Source of the DNA: an uncultured Bacteroidales bacterium
Lineage (GTDB): Bacteria > Bacteroidota > Bacteroidia > Bacteroidales > JAGOPY01
DNA length: 64,000 nt
Direction: 5' to 3'
Assembly: GCA_963701785.1 (NCBI GenBank)
Contig: CAVPBC010000003.1
Coordinates: 320,271 to 384,270, forward strand
In this document: piece after piece, positions 8,901 to 18,294 of the stretch
Layout of the letters: each line of letters begins with the position of its first letter
How positions within the stretch are numbered: the stretch's first letter is position 1
The notes under the pieces: generated by a model
Seen by the model: only the letters and a program-made list of their open reading frames with translations
Database searches by the model: none
What the model was told of the DNA's origin: nothing
Translations under genes and position numbers: made by a program

Positions 8901-9051
8901 CCCCGCTTCCCCGCCTCCCCGCCACCTCCCTGAATTCCACCAAAAAAACCACTGGCCAAATTCTGCCATGTCTTTCCTTTAAAGCCACAATACCTTTGTT
9001 TCATTAAACACTTAACACTAAACACTTAACACTTAAAAAACGGAGGTTGTT
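8901..9051 (+). repeat. conserved leader/promoter module, copy 2
   Basis: See 5027-5169. It carries an extra 8 nt (ccgccacc) near the 5' end. Confidence 0.85.
8991..8998 (+). promoter_or_regulatory. putative -7 box (TAnnTTTG)
   Basis: tacctttg occupies the same position in the duplicated leader. Confidence 0.4.
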
Positions 9052-9387
9052 ATGAAAGCTTTAAAATTTGCATTGCTCGCTGCTTTGATTGCCTGCACGA
9101 TGATAAGTCTCGCGAACGCAGACGGGTTCAAGGAAAAGCCTAAATTCAAGGTTGGGGTTTGCATGACCCTTGAGAATGCCATCAAAATTCCCGGCCTGGT
9201 CAGGGCTATGTATCAGCAGATCAGTATGCTGGATCTGATTGACGCACATCAGCATGTTTATGTTGCCGAGGTCTATTACGATGGGAAATATTATCGCATC
9301 ACCGGCACCTTTGACCAGTGGATGCGGTTTTTCACCATGGACGGAGGACTGCCGGCCAAAATCGTGAAAGAGAAAAATATTAATTAG
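9052..9387 (+). CDS. small secreted protein of unknown function (paralog of 5170-5508, about 40% aa identity)
   Basis: Signal peptide MKALKFALLAALIACTMISLANA. The motifs shared with the paralog are listed under 5170-5508. Confidence 0.7.
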   Translation: MKALKFALLAALIACTMISLANADGFKEKPKFKVGVCMTLENAIKIPGLVRAMYQQISMLDLIDAHQHVYVAEVYYDGKYYRITGTFDQWMRFFTMDGGLPAKIVKEKNIN

Positions 9388-9452
9388 TTACAGGCTGAAA
9401 AGCTTTAAAAAGAAGGAGGGTGTCTCAAAGTCGGGACAGCCTCTTTTTTATT

Positions 9453-9567
9453 CTGACTGCCGATCCCGACCAAGTCGGGACTTCGCTTCACTCCGCTGCT
9501 GACTGCTGACTGCTGATCCCGACCAAGTCGGGACTTCGCTTCGCTCCGCTGCTGACTGCTGACTTTT
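9453..9567. repeat. 53-nt tandem duplication, each unit holding a tcccgac-caa-gtcggga hairpin plus (ctgactg)n words
   Basis: gatcccgaccaagtcgggacttcgcttc occurs at 9462 and again at 9515, each flanked by ctgactgctgac runs. Confidence 0.8.
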
Positions 9568-9570
9568 TCA

Positions 9571-9578
9571 TATATTTG
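9571..9578 (+). promoter_or_regulatory. putative -7 box for tpiA
   Basis: tatatttg lies 27 nt before ATG 9606. The ORF-track TTG start at 9576 falls inside this box. Confidence 0.45.
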
Positions 9579-9605
9579 CCGATAATTATTAAAAAGACCA
9601 CACCT

Positions 9606-10373
9606 ATGAGAACAAAGATCGTTGCCGGTAACTGGAAGATGAATAAAACCTTTGAGGATGCGGATACGCTGATATATGAAATCCTGGACCTGCTGGAAGA
9701 AAAAGGAAAACCTGAAGATGTCGACGTCATCATCTGCCCGCCCTATATTTATCTTGAACTGGCGGGAGATATAACGGAGGATTCACCGGTTTTTGTCGGT
9801 GCACAAAATGTCAGCCAGTTTGAATCGGGAGCCTATACAGGCGAGATTTCCGCGCCCATGCTCCGTTCCATGCATATCGATTTCGCCATCATCGGCCACT
9901 CGGAAAGAAGAAAATATTTTAAAGAGACTGATGAGGAGCTTTTCGCTAAAGCTGAAGCCGCCCTTAAACATGATATTGCACCGATCTTTTGCTGTGGTGA
10001 GCTTTTAGAGGAACGCGAATCCGGGAAACATTTCGATGTGGTGAAGCAACAACTTGAACAAACGATCTTCAAGCTTGATTCGGAAGATTTTGCCCGGGTT
10101 ATCATTGCCTATGAACCGGTCTGGGCTATCGGCACAGGTGTAAATGCCACTTCAATACAGGCGCAGGAAATGCACTTTTTCATTCGCGAGCTGATCTGGA
10201 ATAAATTCGGCGCCGAGGTGGCTGCAGAAACGACCATCCTATACGGCGGCAGCTGCAATGCGAAAAATGCAAAAGAACTGTTCTTAATGCCCGATGTCGA
10301 TGGCGGCCTGATCGGAGGCGCTTCTCTCAAAGCAGAAGAATTTGTCCAGATAATCCTGGCGGCAGCAGAATGA
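9606..10373 (+). CDS. tpiA: triosephosphate isomerase
   Basis: Translation has MRTKIVAGNWKMNKT, AIIGHSERR, IAYEPVWAIGTG, ILYGGS and DVDGGLIGGASLK. Confidence 0.92.
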   Translation: MRTKIVAGNWKMNKTFEDADTLIYEILDLLEEKGKPEDVDVIICPPYIYLELAGDITEDSPVFVGAQNVSQFESGAYTGEISAPMLRSMHIDFAIIGHSERRKYFKETDEELFAKAEAALKHDIAPIFCCGELLEERESGKHFDVVKQQLEQTIFKLDSEDFARVIIAYEPVWAIGTGVNATSIQAQEMHFFIRELIWNKFGAEVAAETTILYGGSCNAKNAKELFLMPDVDGGLIGGASLKAEEFVQIILAAAE

Positions 10374-10430
10374 AATGAGTCGGCACGCAGTTCGCAGTCG
10401 CAGTCAGCGTCTCAAAGGTAGCTTAAAATT

Positions 10431-10473
10431 AAACATTAAGCATTAAACATTAAGCATTAAGCATTAAGCATTA
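10431..10473. repeat. tandem (a)aacattaag/cattaag words
   Basis: aaacattaagcattaaacattaagcattaagcattaagcatta. Confidence 0.75.
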
Positions 10474-10480
10474 TAACAGA

Positions 10481-11308
10481 ATGCCATATCTCGAAATAAG
10501 CTTTTCGCCTCTTCATACCGAAAATGATAAATCATTCCTGACGGCAGAACTCCTGGAGGCGGGATTCGATAGTTTTAACGAGGAAGAAAGCCTGCTGAGC
10601 GCCTATATAGATGCTGAGTTTTTCACTGAAAATCTTCTTAAAGATATTACTTTCCTTAAAACTCATCCTGAGATTAAGAGTGAAATAAAGCCCCTGGAAG
10701 ATATTAACTGGAATAAGGAGTGGGAATCGAATTACCAGCCTGTTACGATTGCCGGTAAATGTCATGTCAGGGCGCCTTTTCACCCTCCCGTCGCGGATAT
10801 TGCCTATGAAATAGTCATTGAGCCTAAGATGGCCTTCGGAACAGCCCATCACGAAACCACCCAATTAATGGCCGGATGGCTGATGGACCTCGATGTCAGG
10901 GGAAAAGAGGTCCTGGATATGGGTTGCGGGACAGGTATTTTAGCCATATTAGCCAATAAAATGGGGGCCGGAAACGTTACCGGTATTGATAATGATGAAT
11001 GGGCCTGGCGCAATGGATCAGAAAACTTCAGGATCAATGGGGTGGCAGCAGGAAAGGTATTTATCGGGGATGCTGCCCTGATCTTGCCTTATAGTTTCGA
11101 CCTGATCCTGGCCAATATCAACCGGAATGTGCTTTTACAGGACATGAAAGCTTATAGTACCGGTCTCCGGAAAAATGGCATGATCCTGTTTAGTGGCTTT
11201 TATCAGAAAGACATTGAGGCTGTTACAGCTTCCGCATCAGAACAGGGATTGCATTTAAAAGGATCCAGGACCCTGAACGATTGGGCCGTTTTACTGTTTT
11301 ATAAATAA
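10481..11308 (+). CDS. prmA: ribosomal protein L11 methyltransferase
   Basis: Translation has NWNKEWESNYQPV, IEPKMAFGTAHHETTQL, VLDMGCGTGILAI and FDLILANI. Confidence 0.88.
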   Translation: MPYLEISFSPLHTENDKSFLTAELLEAGFDSFNEEESLLSAYIDAEFFTENLLKDITFLKTHPEIKSEIKPLEDINWNKEWESNYQPVTIAGKCHVRAPFHPPVADIAYEIVIEPKMAFGTAHHETTQLMAGWLMDLDVRGKEVLDMGCGTGILAILANKMGAGNVTGIDNDEWAWRNGSENFRINGVAAGKVFIGDAALILPYSFDLILANINRNVLLQDMKAYSTGLRKNGMILFSGFYQKDIEAVTASASEQGLHLKGSRTLNDWAVLLFYK

Positions 11309-14300
11309 TGATGAAGTCTATGTCTCCGGGAAAAATCATTTTAATCATACTGGCAGTTATGTATTCATTTACCATAAATGCCCAGTTAGTGAAGTCTTTT
11401 TCCGAAGACCCGGCAAATTTTCCTGGAGAGTTGCAGTTGCTGTTTTCGAATATTTCAAGCCCCACAACCGGGATGAAAGTCAGGGAAATGTTAAATCCTT
11501 TCATTGAATCCTGGAATGCGAATGTTTACTTAGATGATGAAAAGACGATGATCGTTAATAATGCTAATGCATTGTTAATAAGAAAATTAACTAATTATCC
11601 TGACATTTTTAATTTTGTTTCCATCATTCATTACCTCAAGAAAAAGGGGAACCGGGAGGCAGTTACCATCTGGTCGCAGGATTTGACAACGCGGCTACCC
11701 GCAGTCAACCAGAGGCAAATACAGGCATACCTGGAACAATACAAACTGCTGGTACAGGAAAATATCCTGTTTCAGTCATCCTCATTCTCCTGGTTTATTT
11801 CAGATAGCAGCTTTCGGCTGGAATATGATACTGCCATCCGTGTCATATATCATAGAGCTGATCTCACCTGTGCCACAAAAAAAGACACTTCCCGCATCTT
11901 CAATACCCTGGGTGTATTTTACCCGAATACACAGGAATGGGTGGGCCAGAAAGGCCGGGTAACCTGGGAGAGGGTGGGACTTGATCCGGATTCAGTATAT
12001 GCCGATCTTTCCGATTACCGCATCAACCTGAAATTTTCCGAATATCAGGCCGATACGGTCAGATTGATAAATAAAAGATATTTCAAAGAACCGCTTTTCG
12101 GGGAACTCACCGAAAAGGTGCTGGCCAGCCCGCCAGGTCCGGGTTCTTCCTACCCGCAATTCAATTCATACCTTAAAAATTATGAGATCCGCAACCTCTT
12201 CAAAAACATAGATTACCTCGGAGGGTTCAGCGTAGAAGGCGCAAGGGTCATCGGCTCGGGAGAAGTTAACAAAAATGCTTCCCTGTTCATTTCGCAAGGT
12301 GGTAATCTCAGGGCCCATATCAGGTCCAATGCATTCCGGATACAGGGCGACCAGATCACGGCCAATCCTGCTTCACTCAGTATCATGACCAATGGTGATT
12401 CAGTATACCACCCCGGCTTGCAGCTGAAATATTTCGATGATAAGCGACAACTGGTTATGTTCAGGCCGGAGTCAGGGATCTCACAAAGCCCATTTTTCAA
12501 TGGGTTCCATGAAATCGACATGGATTGCGGGGCCATGTACTGGAACCTCGACAGCAATACCGTCGATTTCGAATCAGTGCCGGGAATTAACCGGGTTAGC
12601 GTCAATGAATTCATCTCAAATAACTTCTTTTCCCAGTTTGACTTTTATAAGATCCAGGGCATCGATGATAAAAATCCGCTTTACATCATCAGGGACTATT
12701 CCAGGAGTTATGGAACCAATGAACTGACCCCGGAGTTTCTGGCACAGTTCATGAATAAATCGCCGGAACAGGTTAAAGCTATGATGCTTAAGCTCAGCAT
12801 CCAGGGATTCCTTTATTACGACCTGGTTAACGACAAGGCCATTATACAGGATCGGCTGGTCCAGTATATTGAAGCCAATGCCGGCAAGAAAGATTATGAT
12901 GTCATCAGGATAAATTCGGAAACCAACAATATCAGCAATGCCACTTTGAACCTGGATAACTTCGATCTGCTTGTGCGTGGGGTCAACGAAGTGTTCCTGA
13001 GCGATTCCCAGCAGGTTTATATCTATCCTGATAAAGACGAGATCATTATAAAAAAAGGATTGGATTTTGTTTTTTCAGGGCTGATCAAGGCCGGGCTTTT
13101 TGATTTCTATGCCCATGATTGTTCTTTTGAATATGATTCCTTCAAATTGAATATGCCGTTGATCGATTCATTGAGTTTCCAGGTGAAATCATTTAAGAAG
13201 GATGATAAGGGAAAACAACCTTTGGTCAGGGTAGGCAGTGTGATCGAAAATATGAGCGGAAAACTGATGATCGATTTCCCGGCGAATAAGTCCGGATTAC
13301 AGTCTTTTCCCGAATTCCCCATATTCGACAGCGAGCAGGAGTCATTCGTCTATTATGATCATGACACCCTTTACAAGCGCGATCGTTTCGCCTATCATAT
13401 TTACCCGTTCGTGCTTGACAGCCTGGATAATTTTTCAACTGACAACCTGCTTTTCGATGGATACCTGGTATCTGCGGGCATTTTTCCAAATATAAAACAA
13501 CCTTTGAAAGTTCAGCCTGATTATTCCCTGGGATTTTATAATGAAACCCCGGCTGAAGGATATCCGGCTTATGCAGGAGGCGGAAAATTCTTTGAAGAAG
13601 TCAACCTGAGCAACAGCGGCCTGAGAGGTAAGGGACAACTGACCTATCTCACTTCGCAAACTCTTTCGGACGACTTCCACTTTTACCCTGATTCGATGAT
13701 CACCGTTCTGGCAAAGGAATTTAAGATTGATCCGCAAATCGCTAAAGTTGAATACCCTGAAGTTGAGGCGGACAGCATTTACCAGGTCTGGTATCCTTAT
13801 CGTGATACCATGCACCTGCAGGCCCTCCGCCTGCCTTTTAAAATGTATGAAGCAAAAGCCCTGCTCTATGGGGATCTCTATTATTCCTCAAAAGGATTAT
13901 CAGGCAATGGGAAAGTCGGTTTTGAAAGTGTCGAGCTTGCCTCTGAAAGATACGTTTTCAGGCATCATACCATTGATGCTGATACGCTTGATTTCAGGCT
14001 GTTTGCGAAAGGCAGCGACGACCTGGCCGTCTCAGCGGAAAAATACCGCACGCATGTCGATTTCGACACCAGGATCGTTGAGTTTAAGACCAATGAAAAG
14101 GGCTCCACCGTTTCATTCCCTTACAATGATTTTGTCTGTTTCATGGATAATATCGACTGGTACATGGACCAGCATCTGATGAAACTTTATAATGACCTCG
14201 GGGAGAAATATGCTAATATTGATAAGATGAGCAGGGAAGAGTTGCTGAAACTCGATCTGTCAGGTTCAGATTTCCTGGCTACAAATCCCCAGGCGGATTC

Positions 14301-15792
14301 GTTGTCATTTTTCTCGGTAACAGCCCGGTATGATCTCGAAAAATATACGATAGATGCCGAAAATGTCAAACTGATCAGGGTGGCCGATGCGGCCATTTTC
14401 CCAGACAGCGGATACGTTAAGATCAGCAGGGGAGGGCAGATCCAGACGCTTAAAAACGCAGGCATTATTGCAGATACGGCCAATCGTTTTCACACTATTG
14501 AGAATGCAGAAGTTAATATTTTATCACGTAAGAACTACCAGGGAAAAGGTTTTTATCAGTACCACGACAGTAATAATGTTGTCCGGGAATTTCCCCTTAG
14601 CCTGGTTGCAGTTGATTCTACCGCCCGGACCTACGCCCGGGGAAGTATCGCGGAAGACTTGAATTTCCTGCTAAATCCTCACTTTGGTTTTAAAGGGAAT
14701 GTCAGCCTGGAATCTTCAAGAAAGGAACTGTTCCTTGAGGGAGGCTTTCAGACAAAAGACGACTGCTTTAAATCCGGGACAAGTTACTGGGTCTATTTCA
14801 AATCCTGGGTTGACCCTGATAACGTAAAGATCCCGGTGCAACAGCCACTGGTTGATATCGAAGGAAAGCAGTTAGACCTGGCCATCCAGATTTCAGACTA
14901 TGAGGAAGAGATTTATACTTCCTGGTTCACTCCTGAGGCGCTTTCCTGGGATACGGCGCTCGTAAGGGCTTCCGGTGAAATTTCTTATGATGAATCCCTG
15001 AATGGTTACCGGGTTTCAAGCCCGGGAGCAGGATCTGCAAACAAGGATCAGTCCGGGTTGTTTTACAATACGAGAAATTGCATTCTGGAATCTTCAGGGC
15101 CTTTAAACCTGGGACTTTCCTTTAATTATGTTGATATGAAGAGTTTTGGTGATATCAGGTACCTGGTCATTCCTGATTCTACCACTTTAAACGCGACCCT
15201 GGCATTTGATTTCCTCTTTTACGAAGCTTCTCTGAACGCCATGGCCGACAGCCTGATGAAGGCCGATCTGAAAGGGCTTGATGTAACACGCAAGAGTTAC
15301 CAGGATTACCTGGATTACATGATGGGTGAGGCGGCTTCCAAAGGCCTGAAGGACGATATCAGCATCTATGGAAATATCAGGAGGCTTCCGGAGGAGCTGA
15401 TCCATACTATTGTCCTGACCGATGTCAACCTTTACTGGAATTCGTTTACCAATTCATATATATCCCGGGGGCCGATAGGGGTCATGAGTTTAGGGAAGAA
15501 TGCTGTGAACCGATATCTAAACGGGAATCTGGAACTTATCCGCCGAAGGAGCGGGGATGTGATCAGCCTCTATCTCGAAGTTAACCCGATGCAGTACTAT
15601 TTCTTTGATTACCGCAATGGTATCATGCAGACCATTTCCTCCGACATGGTATATAATAACCGGATAAATGATCTGAAACAGGAAAAAAGGGTGATGAACA
15701 AGCCCGGTTTGGAAGAGACTTATGAATTTTTGCTTTCCAGCCGGAGGAAACTTATTGATTTCATCCGCAGGATGGAGCCTTTCATGAATTAA
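11308..15792 (+). CDS. very large (1494 aa) secreted protein of unknown function
   Basis: An uninterrupted 4.5-kb ORF with an N-terminal signal-like segment (KIILIILAVMYSFTINAQ). I recognised no domain. Confidence 0.7.
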   Translation: MMKSMSPGKIILIILAVMYSFTINAQLVKSFSEDPANFPGELQLLFSNISSPTTGMKVREMLNPFIESWNANVYLDDEKTMIVNNANALLIRKLTNYPDIFNFVSIIHYLKKKGNREAVTIWSQDLTTRLPAVNQRQIQAYLEQYKLLVQENILFQSSSFSWFISDSSFRLEYDTAIRVIYHRADLTCATKKDTSRIFNTLGVFYPNTQEWVGQKGRVTWERVGLDPDSVYADLSDYRINLKFSEYQADTVRLINKRYFKEPLFGELTEKVLASPPGPGSSYPQFNSYLKNYEIRNLFKNIDYLGGFSVEGARVIGSGEVNKNASLFISQGGNLRAHIRSNAFRIQGDQITANPASLSIMTNGDSVYHPGLQLKYFDDKRQLVMFRPESGISQSPFFNGFHEIDMDCGAMYWNLDSNTVDFESVPGINRVSVNEFISNNFFSQFDFYKIQGIDDKNPLYIIRDYSRSYGTNELTPEFLAQFMNKSPEQVKAMMLKLSIQGFLYYDLVNDKAIIQDRLVQYIEANAGKKDYDVIRINSETNNISNATLNLDNFDLLVRGVNEVFLSDSQQVYIYPDKDEIIIKKGLDFVFSGLIKAGLFDFYAHDCSFEYDSFKLNMPLIDSLSFQVKSFKKDDKGKQPLVRVGSVIENMSGKLMIDFPANKSGLQSFPEFPIFDSEQESFVYYDHDTLYKRDRFAYHIYPFVLDSLDNFSTDNLLFDGYLVSAGIFPNIKQPLKVQPDYSLGFYNETPAEGYPAYAGGGKFFEEVNLSNSGLRGKGQLTYLTSQTLSDDFHFYPDSMITVLAKEFKIDPQIAKVEYPEVEADSIYQVWYPYRDTMHLQALRLPFKMYEAKALLYGDLYYSSKGLSGNGKVGFESVELASERYVFRHHTIDADTLDFRLFAKGSDDLAVSAEKYRTHVDFDTRIVEFKTNEKGSTVSFPYNDFVCFMDNIDWYMDQHLMKLYNDLGEKYANIDKMSREELLKLDLSGSDFLATNPQADSLSFFSVTARYDLEKYTIDAENVKLIRVADAAIFPDSGYVKISRGGQIQTLKNAGIIADTANRFHTIENAEVNILSRKNYQGKGFYQYHDSNNVVREFPLSLVAVDSTARTYARGSIAEDLNFLLNPHFGFKGNVSLESSRKELFLEGGFQTKDDCFKSGTSYWVYFKSWVDPDNVKIPVQQPLVDIEGKQLDLAIQISDYEEEIYTSWFTPEALSWDTALVRASGEISYDESLNGYRVSSPGAGSANKDQSGLFYNTRNCILESSGPLNLGLSFNYVDMKSFGDIRYLVIPDSTTLNATLAFDFLFYEASLNAMADSLMKADLKGLDVTRKSYQDYLDYMMGEAASKGLKDDISIYGNIRRLPEELIHTIVLTDVNLYWNSFTNSYISRGPIGVMSLGKNAVNRYLNGNLELIRRRSGDVISLYLEVNPMQYYFFDYRNGIMQTISSDMVYNNRINDLKQEKRVMNKPGLEETYEFLLSSRRKLIDFIRRMEPFMN

Positions 15793-15802
15793 TTTTGGGG
15801 TC

Positions 15803-16453
15803 ATGGTACTTCAGTTTACTCTTTTTATCGTTTTAGCTTACCTGATAGGATCAATCCCGACTTCTGTATGGGTAGGGAAAGTATTTTTCAAACTGGATGT
15901 CCGTGACCATGGAAGCGGAAACGCCGGGGCCACGAATACCATCAGGGTGCTGGGCTGGAAAGCCGGCCTGCCGGTGTTCATTTTTGATGTCTTTAAGGGT
16001 TGGCTGGCTGTCATGCTTGCCGATTTTTTTATTAACGACCAGCTTGATAACGAACAGCTTGTATTTTTGAAAATAGCCCTGGCAGCCGCAGTGGTTCTCG
16101 GTCATGTATTCCCTATGTTTGCAGGGTTCCGCGGAGGCAAAGGCGTAGCAACCCTGCTTGGTGTCGGCATCGCATTATACCCTGTCACCGTTTGGATTGT
16201 CCTGGCGATCTTTGTCGTGGTCCTGCTTATCACCGGCTATGTTTCGCTCGGCTCTATCACAGGTTCAGTATTATTTCCATTTCTTGACTACTTTCTATTC
16301 GGACAGGAAAATATCTGGCTGATAGGATTATCGATACTTGTCGCCATTTTTATCCCGGTTACCCACCGGAAAAATATAAAACGTTTGTTGAAGGGTGAAG
16401 AATCGAAATTCAGGCCCCGCCGGCATGGAAACACGCCACATCAGAAAGTGTGA
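15803..16453 (+). CDS. plsY: glycerol-3-phosphate acyltransferase PlsY
   Basis: Translation has YLIGSIPTSVWVGK, HGSGNAGATNTIRVLG and FRGGKGVAT. Confidence 0.9.
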   Translation: MVLQFTLFIVLAYLIGSIPTSVWVGKVFFKLDVRDHGSGNAGATNTIRVLGWKAGLPVFIFDVFKGWLAVMLADFFINDQLDNEQLVFLKIALAAAVVLGHVFPMFAGFRGGKGVATLLGVGIALYPVTVWIVLAIFVVVLLITGYVSLGSITGSVLFPFLDYFLFGQENIWLIGLSILVAIFIPVTHRKNIKRLLKGEESKFRPRRHGNTPHQKV

Positions 16454-16553
16454 AAAAAATGTTAAGAAAGAAAATCAACCATACTGACCCTGAGTTATTT
16501 TTTACTTATTTTTACGATATTAACGAGATGTTAAATCCTAATAAAGCTGTTGT

Positions 16554-17675
16554 ATGAAATTCATTGTATCAAGTTCGGTTTTACTGCGGAATCTGTCAGC
16601 CCTGAGCGGTGTGATCAGTTCCTCCAATACGCTGCCAATCCTGGATGATTTCCTGTTTGAGCTTAAGGAGGATCAGCTGTTTGTTACGGCTTCAGATTTG
16701 GAAACTACCATGACAGTGGCAATTCCGCTCACCAAGGCTGAAGAGTCGGGTGCGGTGACCATTCCGGCCAAGATATTGCTTGATACACTCAAAACATTTT
16801 CCGACATACCGGTGATCTTTTCTATAAATCCTGAATCCTTGCTCGTTGAAATTTCGGCAGGTGAAGGGAAATACAAGCTTAGCGGTCATAGCAGTGACGA
16901 ATTCCCGCAATCCCCGCCACTGGAAGCTACGTCCAAACTGACTGTCAGCGCCGGGGTCCTCGTGGATGCGATCAATAAGACCATCTTTGCCACGGGCAGC
17001 GACGAGCTTCGGCCTGTGATGTCTGGCGTTTACTGCGAGCTTTCTCCCGACCACCTGACCTTTGTGGCTACAGATGCCCATAAACTGGTCAGGTACAGGA
17101 GGAAAGACGCTCACTCGGAACAGGTAACCTCCTTTATCCTGCCTAAAAAACCTTTGAACCAGTTGAAAGGCATACTGGCCAATAAAGAATTTGATGTCAA
17201 TATCGAGTATTCGCAAACAAATTCATTGTTCACTTTCGAGAATTTCAGGCTGATCTGCCGGCTTATTGATGGGAAATATCCCAATTATGACGCGGTAATT
17301 CCGACGAATAACCCGAATGTGCTGTCAGTCGACCGTGGGCAGTTACTGAATTCAATCAGGCGCGTGGCCTTATTTGCCAACCAGTCAACCCACCAGATCC
17401 GCTTCCGCCTCTCCGGAAAGGAACTGGTTTTGTCGGCAGAAGATATCGACTTTGCCAATGAAGCAAAGGAAAGGCTGACCTGCAGTTATGAGGGGGAAGA
17501 CATGGAAATCGGCTTCAATTCCCGTTTCCTGCAGGATATGATCAATAATATCACCACCGAACAGGTGAGGTTTGAAATGTCGGCACCAAATCGCGCCGGT
17601 TTAATTTTGCCTATCGACAACGAGAATAAGGAGGAGGAAATTCTTATGCTCGTCATGCCGGTGATGCTGAATTAG
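16554..17675 (+). CDS. dnaN: DNA polymerase III beta sliding clamp
   Basis: Translation has MKFIVSSSVLLRNL......LPILDDFLFEL, FVATDAHKLVRY, LIDGKYPNYDAVIP and LVMPVML. Confidence 0.92.
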   Translation: MKFIVSSSVLLRNLSALSGVISSSNTLPILDDFLFELKEDQLFVTASDLETTMTVAIPLTKAEESGAVTIPAKILLDTLKTFSDIPVIFSINPESLLVEISAGEGKYKLSGHSSDEFPQSPPLEATSKLTVSAGVLVDAINKTIFATGSDELRPVMSGVYCELSPDHLTFVATDAHKLVRYRRKDAHSEQVTSFILPKKPLNQLKGILANKEFDVNIEYSQTNSLFTFENFRLICRLIDGKYPNYDAVIPTNNPNVLSVDRGQLLNSIRRVALFANQSTHQIRFRLSGKELVLSAEDIDFANEAKERLTCSYEGEDMEIGFNSRFLQDMINNITTEQVRFEMSAPNRAGLILPIDNENKEEEILMLVMPVMLN

Positions 17676-17716
17676 TCGTTGGTCATTGGTCAATGGTCAT
17701 TAGGCGATGGTCATTA
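17676..17716. repeat. tandem tggtcat words
   Basis: gtcgttggtcattggtcaatggtcattaggcgatggtcattag, directly after the dnaN stop. Confidence 0.7.
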
Positions 17717-17760
17717 GCCTGATAGCGCGCGATTGCATCGCGTGATTGACAAATAATGCT

Positions 17761-17790
17761 CCGACGACTAAAGCCGTCGGTTCATTTTTT
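17761..17790 (+). terminator. rho-independent terminator candidate after dnaN
   Basis: Stem ccgacg...cgtcgg followed by ttcatttttt. Confidence 0.5.
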
Positions 17791-17883
17791 AGTCGATTTT
17801 GCATAGTTCCCTTTGTGCAAAAAATGAGACACTCATCTTAAACATTTATTCTAGATAGTTGTTAGGTTAAGAAAAATAGAAAA

Positions 17884-18243
17884 ATGACCCAAAATAACTA
17901 TATCCCTGAAATGTACCGAATGGTTGATACTATGGATACTCCTGGATTTGTCAACCTGTTCACAGATAATGGAATTTTCAGATGGGCAAACATGCCCGCC
18001 AGTATCAGGCAAACAAAACATTACAGCATTTCTGAACGGATTTTTTCAATCGATCAAAGCGATCAGTCATACCGACCTTGAATACTGGGAGTTCCGGGAG
18101 TAAGGTTTGTAACCGGTTATGTGAGTTACACAAGGCTTAATGATACCGTACTAAAGGTTCCTTTCAGTGTTATCTTAAAGTTTAAGGGAGATCTGATCGA
18201 TGAGTTCCTGATCTTTGTGGATACGTCGGAGTTGTATAAATAA
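17884..18243 (+). pseudogene. SnoaL-like / NTF2-fold protein, two apparent frameshifts
   Basis: Three consecutive frame pieces: MTQNNYIPEMYRMVDTMDTPGFVNLFTDNGIFRWANMPA / GKQNITAFLNGFFQSIKAISHTDLEYWEF / VRFVTGYVSYTRLNDTVLKVPFSVILKFKGDLIDEFLIFVDTSELYK. Confidence 0.5.
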
Positions 18244-18294
18244 GAGTCAGCAGTCAGAACAGAAGTATATGTTAACAACTCGACTCGACTCGAT

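Noticed and set aside
5027-9387. Calling the RM region, or the DUF4160/DUF2442 cassette, a mobile element
   Set aside because: No transposase, integrase, recombinase or terminal inverted repeats are visible. Only direct repeats flank them, so I report them as repeat-bracketed cassettes and not as annotated mobile elements.
9440-9570. A possible CRISPR array, suggested by regularly repeated GCTGAC-type units here and at 29567-29607, 50311-50362 and 58749-58782
   Set aside because: The period is 6-7 nt (53 nt for the one duplication) and there are no unique spacers. No cas genes are in the window. These are simple tandem repeats.
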